The translations under genes were made by a program, and so were the position numbers. A stretch of 63,411 bases of DNA. Origin: an uncultured Oscillospiraceae bacterium (GTDB lineage: Bacteria > Bacillota > Clostridia > Oscillospirales > Oscillospiraceae). Below the pieces are notes generated by a model. That model worked only from the letters and a program-made list of their open reading frames with translations. It was not told where the DNA came from and did not search any database. This document shows, piece by piece, positions 51,278 to 59,956 of this stretch (its first letter is position 1; each line of letters opens with the position of its first letter). The DNA lies in the NCBI GenBank assembly GCA_944386905.1, contig CALXCW010000001.1, positions 1 to 63,411 of the forward strand. Direction: 5' to 3'.

Positions 51278-51859
51278 TTATTTCTGCGCATAGGGCTGGA
51301 GGAAGCGACGGGCAGGCGTCTTGAGCAGCAGCCAGCCGATAAGCATGATGGCGGCCCAGTCGATGACCATGTAGAAGCCGTTGTAGAGGGCGGAGTAGAA
51401 CCAGGGGGTGGTCATGGTCAAGCCAAAAAACTCTGGGGGCATGGACTCCGCCCAGATGGTGGCACCGACCACATAGTGCACGAGAAAGCGCAGGGCGCAG
51501 CCCACGGTGGTGCCGATGAAAAAGCCGCCCTTCATCTTCCAGAAGAGACCGGCAAAGCCCAGAACCACGTAGGCCACCAGGAAATCGCCGATAATGCTCT
51601 CCCAGCCGATGGCTATGCCGCCTTCAAAAATCATCTGCAAAATGGCGTGAGCAAGGCTCGCGACCATGCCGGGGCCGAAGCCCCAGCGGGCGCAGTAGAC
51701 GAAGATGGGAAGCATAGCCAGGTCGATGGCGCCGCCCCAGGGCATTTTATACAGGGGCAGAAAGCTGAGGATCTCCGCGAGGGCGATCATCAGCGCGCCC
51801 TCGCACAGCATCAAAACAGTGCTGCGTGAGCGCGCATGCATGGCAGAATAGGTGTTCAT
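51278..51859 (-). CDS. thiT: energy-coupling factor transporter S component for thiamine
   Basis: 193 aa from the ATG at 51859 (RBS AGGAGG). It has six TM segments and the motif GGAIDLAMLPIFVYCARWG. It lies directly downstream of a TPP riboswitch. Confidence 0.85.
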   Translation of the reverse strand: MNTYSAMHARSRSTVLMLCEGALMIALAEILSFLPLYKMPWGGAIDLAMLPIFVYCARWGFGPGMVASLAHAILQMIFEGGIAIGWESIIGDFLVAYVVLGFAGLFWKMKGGFFIGTTVGCALRFLVHYVVGATIWAESMPPEFFGLTMTTPWFYSALYNGFYMVIDWAAIMLIGWLLLKTPARRFLQPYAQK

Positions 51860-51872
51860 GGAACAACCTCCT

Positions 51873-52031
51873 AAAAAAGAATACCGCACAACCTGAGCGG
51901 CAGTGCGGTACGAAGCGAATCAAAAAATTCTCCAAAACAGCTTCCTACGCCGGCATTACCCGGATCAGGTTAAGGGACATGGAAGGGCACGTCCTTCCAA
52001 TCTCAGCCGGAGAAGCCTCCAGCGCCCCTGT
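51873..52031 (-). promoter_or_regulatory. TPP (THI-box) riboswitch with terminator expression platform
   Basis: The minus strand reads GGGGCGCUGGAGG...GGCUGAGA...GUCCCUUAACCUGAUCCGGGUAAUGCCGGCGUAGGAAG, which is the THI-box core. The terminator TACCGCAC-13 nt-GTGCGGTA followed by TTCTTTTTT lies at 51873-51910. Confidence 0.9.
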
Positions 52032-52055
52032 GTTCGGTTGTTGCGGTTCGGGAGT

Positions 52056-52084
52056 ATTATACGCAAAAGGGCGGAAAAAGTCAA
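52056..52084 (-). promoter_or_regulatory. sigma-70-type promoter of the TPP riboswitch/thiT unit (TTGACT-17 nt-TATAAT, minus strand)
   Basis: -35 at 52079-52084 and -10 at 52056-52061, read on the minus strand. Confidence 0.65.
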
Positions 52085-52094
52085 TGGCTGCCCA

Positions 52095-52775
52095 CTAAAA
52101 TCTGTTTAGGCCGCCGGTTTCGGCCATGGAGACAAAGTCGTTCCCTGCCACGATGATATGGTCGGCCAGCATGATATCCAGCGCATCCAGGGTTGTCTGC
52201 ACCTGGTGGGTGGTCACATAGTCGGCCTGGGAGGGCAGAGCAATACCGCTGGTGTGGTTGTGGGCCAGGATAACGCTGGAGGCCTTGGCGGCGATGGCGG
52301 TCTCAGCCACCTTGCGCAGTGAGAAGGAGGCGTTGTTGATCCCGCCGCGCTGAAGCAAGCGACAAGTGAGCACGCGGCAGCGGGCGTCCAGGCACAGCAG
52401 ATACACCTGCTCTTCGGTGGCGCCGAAGAAATAGGGCAGAAGGTATTCTCCACAGGCCTGGGTGGAGTTGAGCAATTGTCCCTTTTCGCTGCACGAGAGC
52501 ATGTAGCGCCGCGCCAGGGGGCGGATCAGCTGAAGCAGCATCGAGGCCTGTTCTCCCACGCAGCCGGCTGCTTTGAGCTCCTGGGAGTCGGCCTCCAGAA
52601 CGGCGGAGAGACTGCCGAAGTGTTTGAGAAGTTTGCGGGCAATGGCGTTGGTGTCCTGGCGGGGGATGGCGAAGAAGAGCAGCAGCTCCAGCACCTGATC
52701 GTCCTGAAAGACGTCCAACCCAAACTCAAAAAAGCGCTCGCGCAGTCGCTGACGGTGGCCGTCGTGTTCACCCAT
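52095..52775 (-). CDS. radC: RadC-family JAB-domain protein (UPF0758)
   Basis: 226 aa from the ATG at 52775. The N-terminal HhH region is HRQRLRERF...LELLLFFAIPRQDTN..A..LL..FGSL, and the C-terminal JAMM-like motif is ILAHNHTSG. The ORF-track start at 53033 overlaps the upstream gene and was rejected. Confidence 0.85.
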   Translation of the reverse strand: MGEHDGHRQRLRERFFEFGLDVFQDDQVLELLLFFAIPRQDTNAIARKLLKHFGSLSAVLEADSQELKAAGCVGEQASMLLQLIRPLARRYMLSCSEKGQLLNSTQACGEYLLPYFFGATEEQVYLLCLDARCRVLTCRLLQRGGINNASFSLRKVAETAIAAKASSVILAHNHTSGIALPSQADYVTTHQVQTTLDALDIMLADHIIVAGNDFVSMAETGGLNRF

Positions 52776-52842
52776 GCAGCACCCTCCTTTTTGTAGAATT
52801 GAGAGAAGATTGGGGGCGAATATTGCAAAAGCTCGCTTCGGT

Positions 52843-53664
52843 TTACTTTCCCTGGGAGATGGCCGCATGGGCGGGGGAGGACAGACCGAAGAGGCGTTCA
52901 AAGTTCCTATGCAGGATGCGATCTTGAGTATCGGCGTCCAGCCCCAGGGAGAGGAAGCGCCGCAGTTCCCAAGCGGGTGTCCACATAGGGAAGTCCGTGC
53001 CGAAAAGGAAACGATCAGGGCCCAGGTGGTCAAGGAATTTCAGAGCGCGATCTCGCCCAAGAAACATTAGAGAGCTGGAGGTGTCGTAATAGACATTTTC
53101 CGGCAGGACGTAAGCATAGGAGCGATCCCAGGATTGCCAGCCGCCGAAGTGTGCGGCAATGGCCACAAGATCCGGTACCTGGCGCAACAGATTGCCCAGC
53201 CGTTCCGGTGCGGAGTAGTCATAGCGGCTGTCGCCCATATGGAAGAGCACCGGCAAACCGGCCCGGGCGATGGCGCGATACATCTCCACGGCGGCGGGCG
53301 CATCGATGGGTACCCGCTGGAAGTCTGGGTGGATCTTGATGCCTCTGAGGGGGAGGGAAAGAAGATGTTCCAGCGCGGTCTCCCAGCCGTCCATGGTGGG
53401 GAACATGGTGCCAAGGCCCACCAAGTTGGGGTTTTGCGCCGCAGTTTGGGCGATAAAGTCGTTGATATGGGTCACCTGAGCCGGGGTGGTGGCGGAGCTG
53501 GAGACTGCGCAGCGGCCGATGCCCGCCTCCTGCTCCAAGGAGAGAAGTGTCTCCACGTCGGCAATATGATGCGCTGCGGTGGCGTAAAAACCGCCAATGG
53601 AGGCCGAGGCTTTTTCTGCCAGGGCATGGGGAAAGATATGGGCGTGGACGTCTGCGATGATCAT
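52843..53664 (-). CDS. amidohydrolase-2 (TIM-barrel metal-dependent hydrolase) family protein
   Basis: 273 aa from the ATG at 53664. Motifs are IADVHAHIFP (HxH metal motif), GIKIHPDFQ, VLFHMGD and FGTDFP. Confidence 0.78.
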   Translation of the reverse strand: MIIADVHAHIFPHALAEKASASIGGFYATAAHHIADVETLLSLEQEAGIGRCAVSSSATTPAQVTHINDFIAQTAAQNPNLVGLGTMFPTMDGWETALEHLLSLPLRGIKIHPDFQRVPIDAPAAVEMYRAIARAGLPVLFHMGDSRYDYSAPERLGNLLRQVPDLVAIAAHFGGWQSWDRSYAYVLPENVYYDTSSSLMFLGRDRALKFLDHLGPDRFLFGTDFPMWTPAWELRRFLSLGLDADTQDRILHRNFERLFGLSSPAHAAISQGK

Positions 53665-53720
53665 GCAAGAGCCTTCTTTGTCAGAATAGATTGAGGAAAT
53701 TGTAGCACAAAAAATCCCTC

Positions 53721-53749
53721 TTGACAACTGGACTTCACCGGAGTATAAT
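53721..53749 (+). promoter_or_regulatory. consensus sigma-70 promoter (TTGACA-17 nt-TATAAT)
   Basis: -35 at 53721-53726 and -10 at 53744-53749, about 15 nt before T-box stem I. Confidence 0.75.
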
Positions 53750-53763
53750 GCAAAACAAATAAA

Positions 53764-54027
53764 CCGATGAGCAAAAATAGTACCCTTTGACAGAGCATCC
53801 AAAGAGAGCCGCCGGCGGTGGGAGTGCGGTGATGGTCGCGAAGGGGAATGGCTTTGCGAGGGCGAGCTGAACGGCAACAAGTAGGCGAGACGGAGAGGCG
53901 CTCCGTTACCAAGGGCAGCGCATGAATGTGCGTAGAAAGTGGGTATTACAAGATACCAAGCCGGGTGGCACCGCAGGAGATGTATGCTCTTGTCCCAGCG
54001 AAAGGTTGGGAGAAGGGCTTCTTTTTT
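53764..54027 (+). promoter_or_regulatory. T-box riboswitch leader, tryptophan specifier (UGG)
   Basis: GA motif CCGAUGA (53764), AGUA (53779), AGAGA (53802) and Specifier Loop GAA-UGG (UGG at 53849-53851). F-box CCGUUA (about 53903) and T-box sequence CCGGGUGGCACCGCAGG (UGGC bulge at 53966-53969) are present. The terminator stem at 53987-54017 is followed by CTTCTTTTTT. Confidence 0.9.
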
Positions 54028-54062
54028 GCCCTTCTCACCGAAAATCGAAAGGAGAATACACC

Positions 54063-55442
54063 ATGAAACAGCGCAATGAAGTTCCCTACAAGATTTACCT
54101 CAGCGAAGAGGAGCTGCCCAAGGCATGGTACAACGTCCGGGCCGATATGAAGAATAAACCTGCGCCGCTGCTGAACCCCGGCACGCTCCAACCTATGACC
54201 TTTGAAGAGCTCCAGCCGGTGTTCTGCGACGAGCTGATCCGCCAGGAGCTGGACAACGACACGGCCTATATCCCGATTCCCCAGCCGATCCGGGACTTCT
54301 ATAAGATGTACCGTCCCTCTCCCCTGGTTCGGGCTTATTTCCTGGAGGAAAAGCTGGGTACTCCCGCCAAGATCTACTATAAGTTTGAAGGCAACAACAC
54401 CTCCGGCAGCCACAAGCTCAACTCCGCCATCGCCCAGGCGTACTACGCCAAGATGCAGGGCCTCAAGGGTGTCACGACTGAGACCGGTGCCGGCCAGTGG
54501 GGCACGGCGCTGTCCATGGCCTGCTCCTTCTTCGATCTGGATTGCCAGGTGTATATGGTCAAGGTGAGCTATGAGCAGAAGCCCTTCCGGCGGGAAGTCA
54601 TGCGCACCTACGGCGCTGCCGTCACGCCCTCTCCCTCGGAGACGACCGAAGTGGGCAGACGGATCCTCGCCGCCCATCCCGGCACCACCGGCTCTCTGGG
54701 CTGCGCCATTTCCGAAGCTGTGGAAGCTGCTTCCAAGCAGCCTGGCTATCGTTATGTGCTGGGCAGTGTGCTCAACCAGGTGCTCCTGCACCAGTCCATC
54801 ATTGGCCTGGAGACCAAGGCGGCGCTGGACAAGTACAGCATCGTGCCCGATATCATCATCGGCTGCGCCGGCGGCGGCTCCAACCTGGGCGGCCTGATCT
54901 CCCCGTTCATGGGTGAAAAACTCCGCGGGGAGCGGGACTATCGCATCATTGCTGCAGAGCCAGCTTCCTGCCCCAGCCTCACCCGCGGTAAGTTCGCCTA
55001 TGACTTCTGCGATACCGGTATGGTCTGCCCCTTGGCGAAGATGTACACACTGGGCAGCGACTTTATCCCTTCGGCCAACCACGCCGGCGGTCTGCGGTAT
55101 CACGGCATGAGCAGCATCCTCAGCCAACTCTACCACGACGGACTCATGGAGGCCGTCTCCGTGGAGCAGACCGAGGTCTTTAAGGCCGCGGAACTCTTTG
55201 CCCGCTGCGAGGGCACTTTGCCTGCGCCTGAGAGCAGCCATGCCATCCGCGCTGCCATCGATGAGGCGCTCAAGTGCAAGGAGACCGGCGAGGAAAAGAC
55301 GATCGTCTTTGGCCTCACCGGCACGGGCTACTTTGACATGGTGGCCTACGGCAAGTTTAACGACGGTCAGATGTCCGACTATGTCCCCACCGATGAAGAG
55401 CTGGCTGCGTCCTTTGCCAAGCTCCCCAAAGTGAACCAGTAA
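54063..55442 (+). CDS. trpB: TrpB-like PLP-dependent enzyme (tryptophan synthase beta, TrpB2 class)
   Basis: 459 aa from the ATG at 54063 (RBS AAAGGAGAA). The long N-terminal extension YKIYLSEEELPKAWYNV... is typical of TrpB2. The PLP lysine lies in GSHKLNSA, and GCAGGGSN is present. There is no adjacent trpA. Confidence 0.88.
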   Translation: MKQRNEVPYKIYLSEEELPKAWYNVRADMKNKPAPLLNPGTLQPMTFEELQPVFCDELIRQELDNDTAYIPIPQPIRDFYKMYRPSPLVRAYFLEEKLGTPAKIYYKFEGNNTSGSHKLNSAIAQAYYAKMQGLKGVTTETGAGQWGTALSMACSFFDLDCQVYMVKVSYEQKPFRREVMRTYGAAVTPSPSETTEVGRRILAAHPGTTGSLGCAISEAVEAASKQPGYRYVLGSVLNQVLLHQSIIGLETKAALDKYSIVPDIIIGCAGGGSNLGGLISPFMGEKLRGERDYRIIAAEPASCPSLTRGKFAYDFCDTGMVCPLAKMYTLGSDFIPSANHAGGLRYHGMSSILSQLYHDGLMEAVSVEQTEVFKAAELFARCEGTLPAPESSHAIRAAIDEALKCKETGEEKTIVFGLTGTGYFDMVAYGKFNDGQMSDYVPTDEELAASFAKLPKVNQ

Positions 55443-55453
55443 AAAGCAAAACA

Positions 55454-55486
55454 TTCGGCGCTGCATCTTCTCGATGTAGCGCCGAA
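55454..55486. terminator. bidirectional hairpin between trpB2 (+) and argD (-)
   Basis: 14-bp stem TTCGGCGCTGCATC / GATGTAGCGCCGAA with one G-U pair. Confidence 0.65.
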
Positions 55487-55501
55487 CAATTTTCTCAGCA
55501 C

Positions 55502-56665
55502 TTATTTTGCCAGAACTTCTTCCAGTACATCCACCGCCTGGGCAAGCAAATCCAGAGGGATGTTCAGCGCCGGCAGCAGTCGCACCTTGCCGTGGGCGCT
55601 CAGTACCAGCACGCCCTGCTCCAGACATTCACGGATTACGTCGCCGTCGGGACGTACCGGGTCGATGCCCAGAAGCAAGCCCATGCCGGTGACGGCTTTT
55701 ACCCCCTTCTTGCCCTGCAAGCGGCCGACAATGTAGGCCGAGCGCTCCCGCACCCCGGCCAGCAGCTCCTCGTCAATGCGGCTGAGGGTGCTAATGGCGC
55801 CTGCACAGCAGATGGGATTGCCGCCGAAGGTGGAGCCGTGGTCGCCAAAGCCCAGGGTATGCTCCACCTTTTCACCCAGCATGGTGGCGCCCAGAGGAAG
55901 CCCGGCACACAGGCCCTTGGCCGTGGTGACCACGTCGGGTTTGACCCCGTAGTTCATATAGCCATAGAGCTGACCGCTGCGGCCGTTGCCGATCTGCACT
56001 TCGTCACACATGAGCAAAATATCCTGCTCGCGACACAGCGTTTCCAAGCCTTTGACAAATGATTCATCCAAGGCGATGACACCGCCCTCGCCCTGGACGA
56101 TTTCAACAAGGATGGCAGCCACAGGATAGGCAGCCACCTTGGCCCGGACATCATCCAGGTCATTGACTTTGGCGTGGAGAAAGCCGGGGGTCAGGGGCTG
56201 GAAAAGCTGATGGAACTCGTCCTGGCCGGTGGCGGCCAGGGTCGTGAGGGTTCGGCCGTGGAAGGAGTGCTCCAGGGTGAGAATGTAGTAGCAGTCCTTG
56301 CCTTTTTTTTCAGCGGCGTATTTCCGAGCCACCTTGATGGCGCACTCATTGGCCTCGGCACCCGAATTGGAGAAAAAGACCTTTTTCAGCCCCGTTCTCT
56401 CGCAGAGCATTTTCGCCAGTACGGCGCAGGGTTCGGTATAGTAGAGATTGGAGGTGTGCTGAAACTTGCCCATCTGGGCAATAACCGCCTGCTGCCAGGT
56501 TTCATCCGCTACGCCGAAGGCATTGACGGCGATGCCGCTGCCCAGGTCGATATATTCTTTGCCGCTGCGATCCACCACGATCGAGCCCTTGCCGGAGACA
56601 ATCTCCACCGGGAAGCGGTTGTAGGTGCCCGCCACATATTGCTGATCCAGTGCTTTGACATCCAT
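55502..56665 (-). CDS. argD: acetylornithine aminotransferase
   Basis: 387 aa from the ATG at 56665. Class III aminotransferase motifs are FFSNSGAEANE, LMCDEVQIGNGRSG and VVTTAKGLCAG (PLP lysine). Confidence 0.92.
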   Translation of the reverse strand: MDVKALDQQYVAGTYNRFPVEIVSGKGSIVVDRSGKEYIDLGSGIAVNAFGVADETWQQAVIAQMGKFQHTSNLYYTEPCAVLAKMLCERTGLKKVFFSNSGAEANECAIKVARKYAAEKKGKDCYYILTLEHSFHGRTLTTLAATGQDEFHQLFQPLTPGFLHAKVNDLDDVRAKVAAYPVAAILVEIVQGEGGVIALDESFVKGLETLCREQDILLMCDEVQIGNGRSGQLYGYMNYGVKPDVVTTAKGLCAGLPLGATMLGEKVEHTLGFGDHGSTFGGNPICCAGAISTLSRIDEELLAGVRERSAYIVGRLQGKKGVKAVTGMGLLLGIDPVRPDGDVIRECLEQGVLVLSAHGKVRLLPALNIPLDLLAQAVDVLEEVLAK

Positions 56666-56720
56666 GTCAGAGCGCTCCTTTCCGGGCTGTGCCCACATTG
56701 TAAATTAAGAGGCCATGAAA

Positions 56721-57590
56721 TTAGGGCTGATACTTGTTGGCTACCACCATGGTGCCGGCGCCTTCGTCGGTAAGCACTTCCATCAGGATGGCATGGGGCA
56801 CCCGGCCGTCGAGGATGATGACTTTGCGTACCCCGTAGGAGATGGCATCGATGCAGCATTCAATTTTGGGGATCATGCCGCCTGAGATGACACCCTGGGC
56901 CATGAGCTCCTTGGCGTCGATGAGGTCGATGCAGGGGATCAGAGACTCGGGATCGTGGGGATCCATCATCACGCCGGTGATGTCCGTCATGGTGATCAGC
57001 CGTTCGGCCCGGAGCGCCCCGGCAATATGGGCCGCGGCGGTATCGGCGTTAATGTTGTAGGTGTTGCCCTCCGGGTCGGAACCCACCGTGGAGATCACCG
57101 GGATATAGTCTTTTTCCAGCAGATCAAGGATGGGCTGGACATCGACCGAGGTGATTTCCCCCACGTAGCCCAGCCGGGGATCTTTTACTTTGGCCATAAT
57201 CATGTGGCCGTCGATTCCACTGATGCCCATAGCTTTGCCGCCCTTGGCTTCCAGGAGCTTGACCAGGGTCTTGTTGATCTTTCCGGCAAGCACCATCTGT
57301 ACCACATCCACAGTTTCCTGGTCGGTGACCCGGAGACCGTCGACAAACTGAGACTCCTTGCCGATGCGGCGCAGAGTATCGGAGATTTCAGGGCCGCCGC
57401 CGTGTACCAGCACAACTTTCACGCCGATGAGGTGCAGCAGCGCCACATCCTCCATGACCTGCTGTTTCAAGGTCTCGTTGATCATAGCATTCCCGCCGTA
57501 TTTGATGACCAGCACCTTGTTGTTGTACTTGCGAATATAGGGCAGCGCCTCCACCAGGATTTCTGCCCTGTGCAGATTGGATACTTCCAT
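56721..57590 (-). CDS. argB: acetylglutamate kinase
   Basis: About 289 aa. Motifs are LVIKYGGNAM, LVHGGGPEI and NINADTAAAHIA. The ATG at 57590 is preferred over 57596 because of RBS spacing. Confidence 0.93.
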   Translation of the reverse strand: MEVSNLHRAEILVEALPYIRKYNNKVLVIKYGGNAMINETLKQQVMEDVALLHLIGVKVVLVHGGGPEISDTLRRIGKESQFVDGLRVTDQETVDVVQMVLAGKINKTLVKLLEAKGGKAMGISGIDGHMIMAKVKDPRLGYVGEITSVDVQPILDLLEKDYIPVISTVGSDPEGNTYNINADTAAAHIAGALRAERLITMTDITGVMMDPHDPESLIPCIDLIDAKELMAQGVISGGMIPKIECCIDAISYGVRKVIILDGRVPHAILMEVLTDEGAGTMVVANKYQP

Positions 57591-57603
57591 GTCCATCCCT
57601 CTT

Positions 57604-58815
57604 TTACGTGCGGTAGTCGCCGTTGATCTTCACATAGTCGTAGGTGAGGTCACAGCCCCAGGCCACCGCGCTGCCGTCACCTTGGTGGAGCGACACAAGA
57701 ATCTCAATCTCCGGCTGGAGCAGGATTTCCTTGGCAAGTTCCTCGGAAAAGTCCACGCCGGCACCGTCTTGGCAGACGAGGATCTCACCTTTTTGAGAGG
57801 CAAAGGATACATCCACCTTCTCCACATCTACGTCGGCTCCGGCATAACCGATGGCGCACAGCACCCGGCCCCAGTTGGCATCGGCGCCAAACATGGCGGC
57901 CTTGGTGAGGGAAGAGCAGATGATGCTCTTGGCCACAGTTTTGGCGATGGCTTCGGTTTTGGCGCCGGTGACGCGGCACTCCAAAAGCTTGGTGGCACCC
58001 TCGCCGTCCCCGGCGATGGCGCGGCAGAGGTACACAGTTACGGTGTTGAGCGCCTGCATAAAGGCGGCAAAGTCAGGGCCTTCGGCGGTGATGGGAGTGT
58101 TGCCGGCCATACCGTTGGCGAGAATGGTCACCATATCGTTGGTGGAGGTGTCTCCGTCCACGGAAACCATGTTGAAGGTATGGGCAACATCGGTCTTGAG
58201 GGCCTTTTGCAGCATGTCCGGGGCAATGGCGCAATCAGTGGTGAGAAACACCAGCATGGTGGCGAGATCCGGGTGGATCATACCGGAGCCCTTGGCGATA
58301 CCGCCCAGACGGCAGGTCTTGCCGCCGGCTTCAAAGGAGACGGCGAGCTCTTTGACCTTAGTGTCTGTGGTCATAATGGCTTCGGCGGCATCCAAACTGT
58401 GGTCGCCCAGGGCGGCTACCAGCTGCGGCATGGCTGCGGCAATGGGGGTGACATCCAGGCGCTGGCCGATGACGCCGGTGGAGGCTACCACTACATTGTG
58501 CGGGTCAATGCCAAGGGCCTCGCCGGTCAGGCGGCACATTTCTTGGGCCACCTGGATGCCGTCGGCGTTGCAGGTATTGGCATTGCCGCTGTTGCAGACA
58601 ATGGCCTGGGCCGTTCCGTCGGAAAGGTGCGCCTTGGTGACAGTCAGAGGTGCGCCCTTAACCAGATTGGCGGTGTAGACGCTGGCCGCCGAAGCTGGCA
58701 CCTGGGAGTAGATCAGAGCCAGATCCCGCTTGGATCTGTTCTTGCGGATCCCGCAGTGGACGCCTGCGGCGGTAAAGCCTTGCGCGGCGCATACGCCGCC
58801 GGAAATCTGTTCCAT
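57604..58815 (-). CDS. argJ: bifunctional glutamate N-acetyltransferase / amino-acid acetyltransferase
   Basis: 403-aa ORF with the autoprocessing site region ATMLVFLTTD (T nucleophile) and C-terminal DLTYDYVKINGDYRT. Confidence 0.93.
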   Translation of the reverse strand: MEQISGGVCAAQGFTAAGVHCGIRKNRSKRDLALIYSQVPASAASVYTANLVKGAPLTVTKAHLSDGTAQAIVCNSGNANTCNADGIQVAQEMCRLTGEALGIDPHNVVVASTGVIGQRLDVTPIAAAMPQLVAALGDHSLDAAEAIMTTDTKVKELAVSFEAGGKTCRLGGIAKGSGMIHPDLATMLVFLTTDCAIAPDMLQKALKTDVAHTFNMVSVDGDTSTNDMVTILANGMAGNTPITAEGPDFAAFMQALNTVTVYLCRAIAGDGEGATKLLECRVTGAKTEAIAKTVAKSIICSSLTKAAMFGADANWGRVLCAIGYAGADVDVEKVDVSFASQKGEILVCQDGAGVDFSEELAKEILLQPEIEILVSLHQGDGSAVAWGCDLTYDYVKINGDYRT

Positions 58816-58861
58816 AGAAAAAACCTCATTTCAGATGATTTGATGCGTGTGGATGCCCGGA

Positions 58862-59794
58862 CTACAGCACCAATCCCTCGGTCATATCGCAGCCCAGAGC
58901 AAGGTTGAGGCACTGGATGGCGGCGCCGGAGGCGCCTTTGCCCAAGTTATCATAGCGGGCCAGGAGCAGAATGCGCGCATCGTTGCCAGCGACGGAAATC
59001 TCCATGCCGTCTTTTCCCGAGAGGCCGGCGCCGGAGAGAAAGCCTTCCTCATCCATTTCGGGGCGATATCGCACCACACTGCCGTGGTAGGTGTCGGCAT
59101 AGAGCTGGCGAATGTCTGCCGCGGTGACGCCCTGGGGAAGGTCTTGGGCGAAGAGGGGAACGGTGACCATCATGCCGGAATAAAAGTCCGCAACAATGGG
59201 GCAGAAGATGGGAGCGGTTTTCAGTCCGCAGATGGCCTGCATTTCAGGAAGGTGCTTGTGGCTTTGCGTGAGACCATATTGCCGCGGTGCGTCCAGGAGC
59301 GGATTACGGGCAGGATCTTCATATTGGGCGATCATCTTTTTGCCGCCGCCGGAGTAGCCGGTGATGGAGTGACAGGTGAGGCGGCTTTCCGGGGAGAGCA
59401 GGCCGGCGGCAATCAGCGGGGCGACCAGAGCGATAAAGCCACTGGCATGGCAGCCGGGCACAGCGATACGTTTGGCAGTGGGAATGGCCGCAGCGTAAGG
59501 GCCGGGGATTTCCGGGAAGCCGTAGACCCAGCCGGGAGCGGTGCGGTGCGCCGTGGAGGTGTCCAACAGGATGACGTCGCTGCCTTCCAGCAGTTGGGCC
59601 ATCTCCCGCGCGGCTGGATCGGGCAGGCACAGAAAAGCGGCGTCGCAGCCGAGGATGGCTTCTTTGCGAGCCTGGGGATCTTTGCGTAGCGCTTCGCCCA
59701 GGGTGACTACACGCAGATCCCGACGCTCGGCCAAGCGCTGGTGAATCCGCAGACCGGTGGTGCCGGCGCTGCCGTCGATAAATACGGTGTGCAT
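58862..59794 (-). CDS. argC: N-acetyl-gamma-glutamyl-phosphate reductase (short type)
   Basis: 310 aa from the ATG at 59794. It has IDGSAGTTG (NAD) and the active-site VPGCHASG. The ORF-track start at 59860 lies in the promoter region. Confidence 0.9.
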   Translation of the reverse strand: MHTVFIDGSAGTTGLRIHQRLAERRDLRVVTLGEALRKDPQARKEAILGCDAAFLCLPDPAAREMAQLLEGSDVILLDTSTAHRTAPGWVYGFPEIPGPYAAAIPTAKRIAVPGCHASGFIALVAPLIAAGLLSPESRLTCHSITGYSGGGKKMIAQYEDPARNPLLDAPRQYGLTQSHKHLPEMQAICGLKTAPIFCPIVADFYSGMMVTVPLFAQDLPQGVTAADIRQLYADTYHGSVVRYRPEMDEEGFLSGAGLSGKDGMEISVAGNDARILLLARYDNLGKGASGAAIQCLNLALGCDMTEGLVL

Positions 59795-59825
59795 TCCTTC
59801 TCGATCTTCTTTCGTTTGTGAATAT

Positions 59826-59895
59826 GCACCAATTATACAATAAAATTCATGAAAATGCAATGATTATTCGCTAATATTTGAATATTGAAGATTTT
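59826..59895 (-). promoter_or_regulatory. argC promoter (TTGCAT-17 nt-TATAAT, minus strand) overlapped by ARG-box-like operators
   Basis: Read on the minus strand, -35 is at 59855-59860 and -10 at 59832-59837. The ARG-box-like half-palindromes are TTCAATATTCAAATATT, CGAATAATCATTGCA and ATGAATTTTATTGTA. Confidence 0.55.
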
Positions 59896-59956
59896 GCACA
59901 ATTTCCGGAGGCTCCAAGGACGATCCTTGGGCAATTGCCATAAAGCGTCTGCCGCC

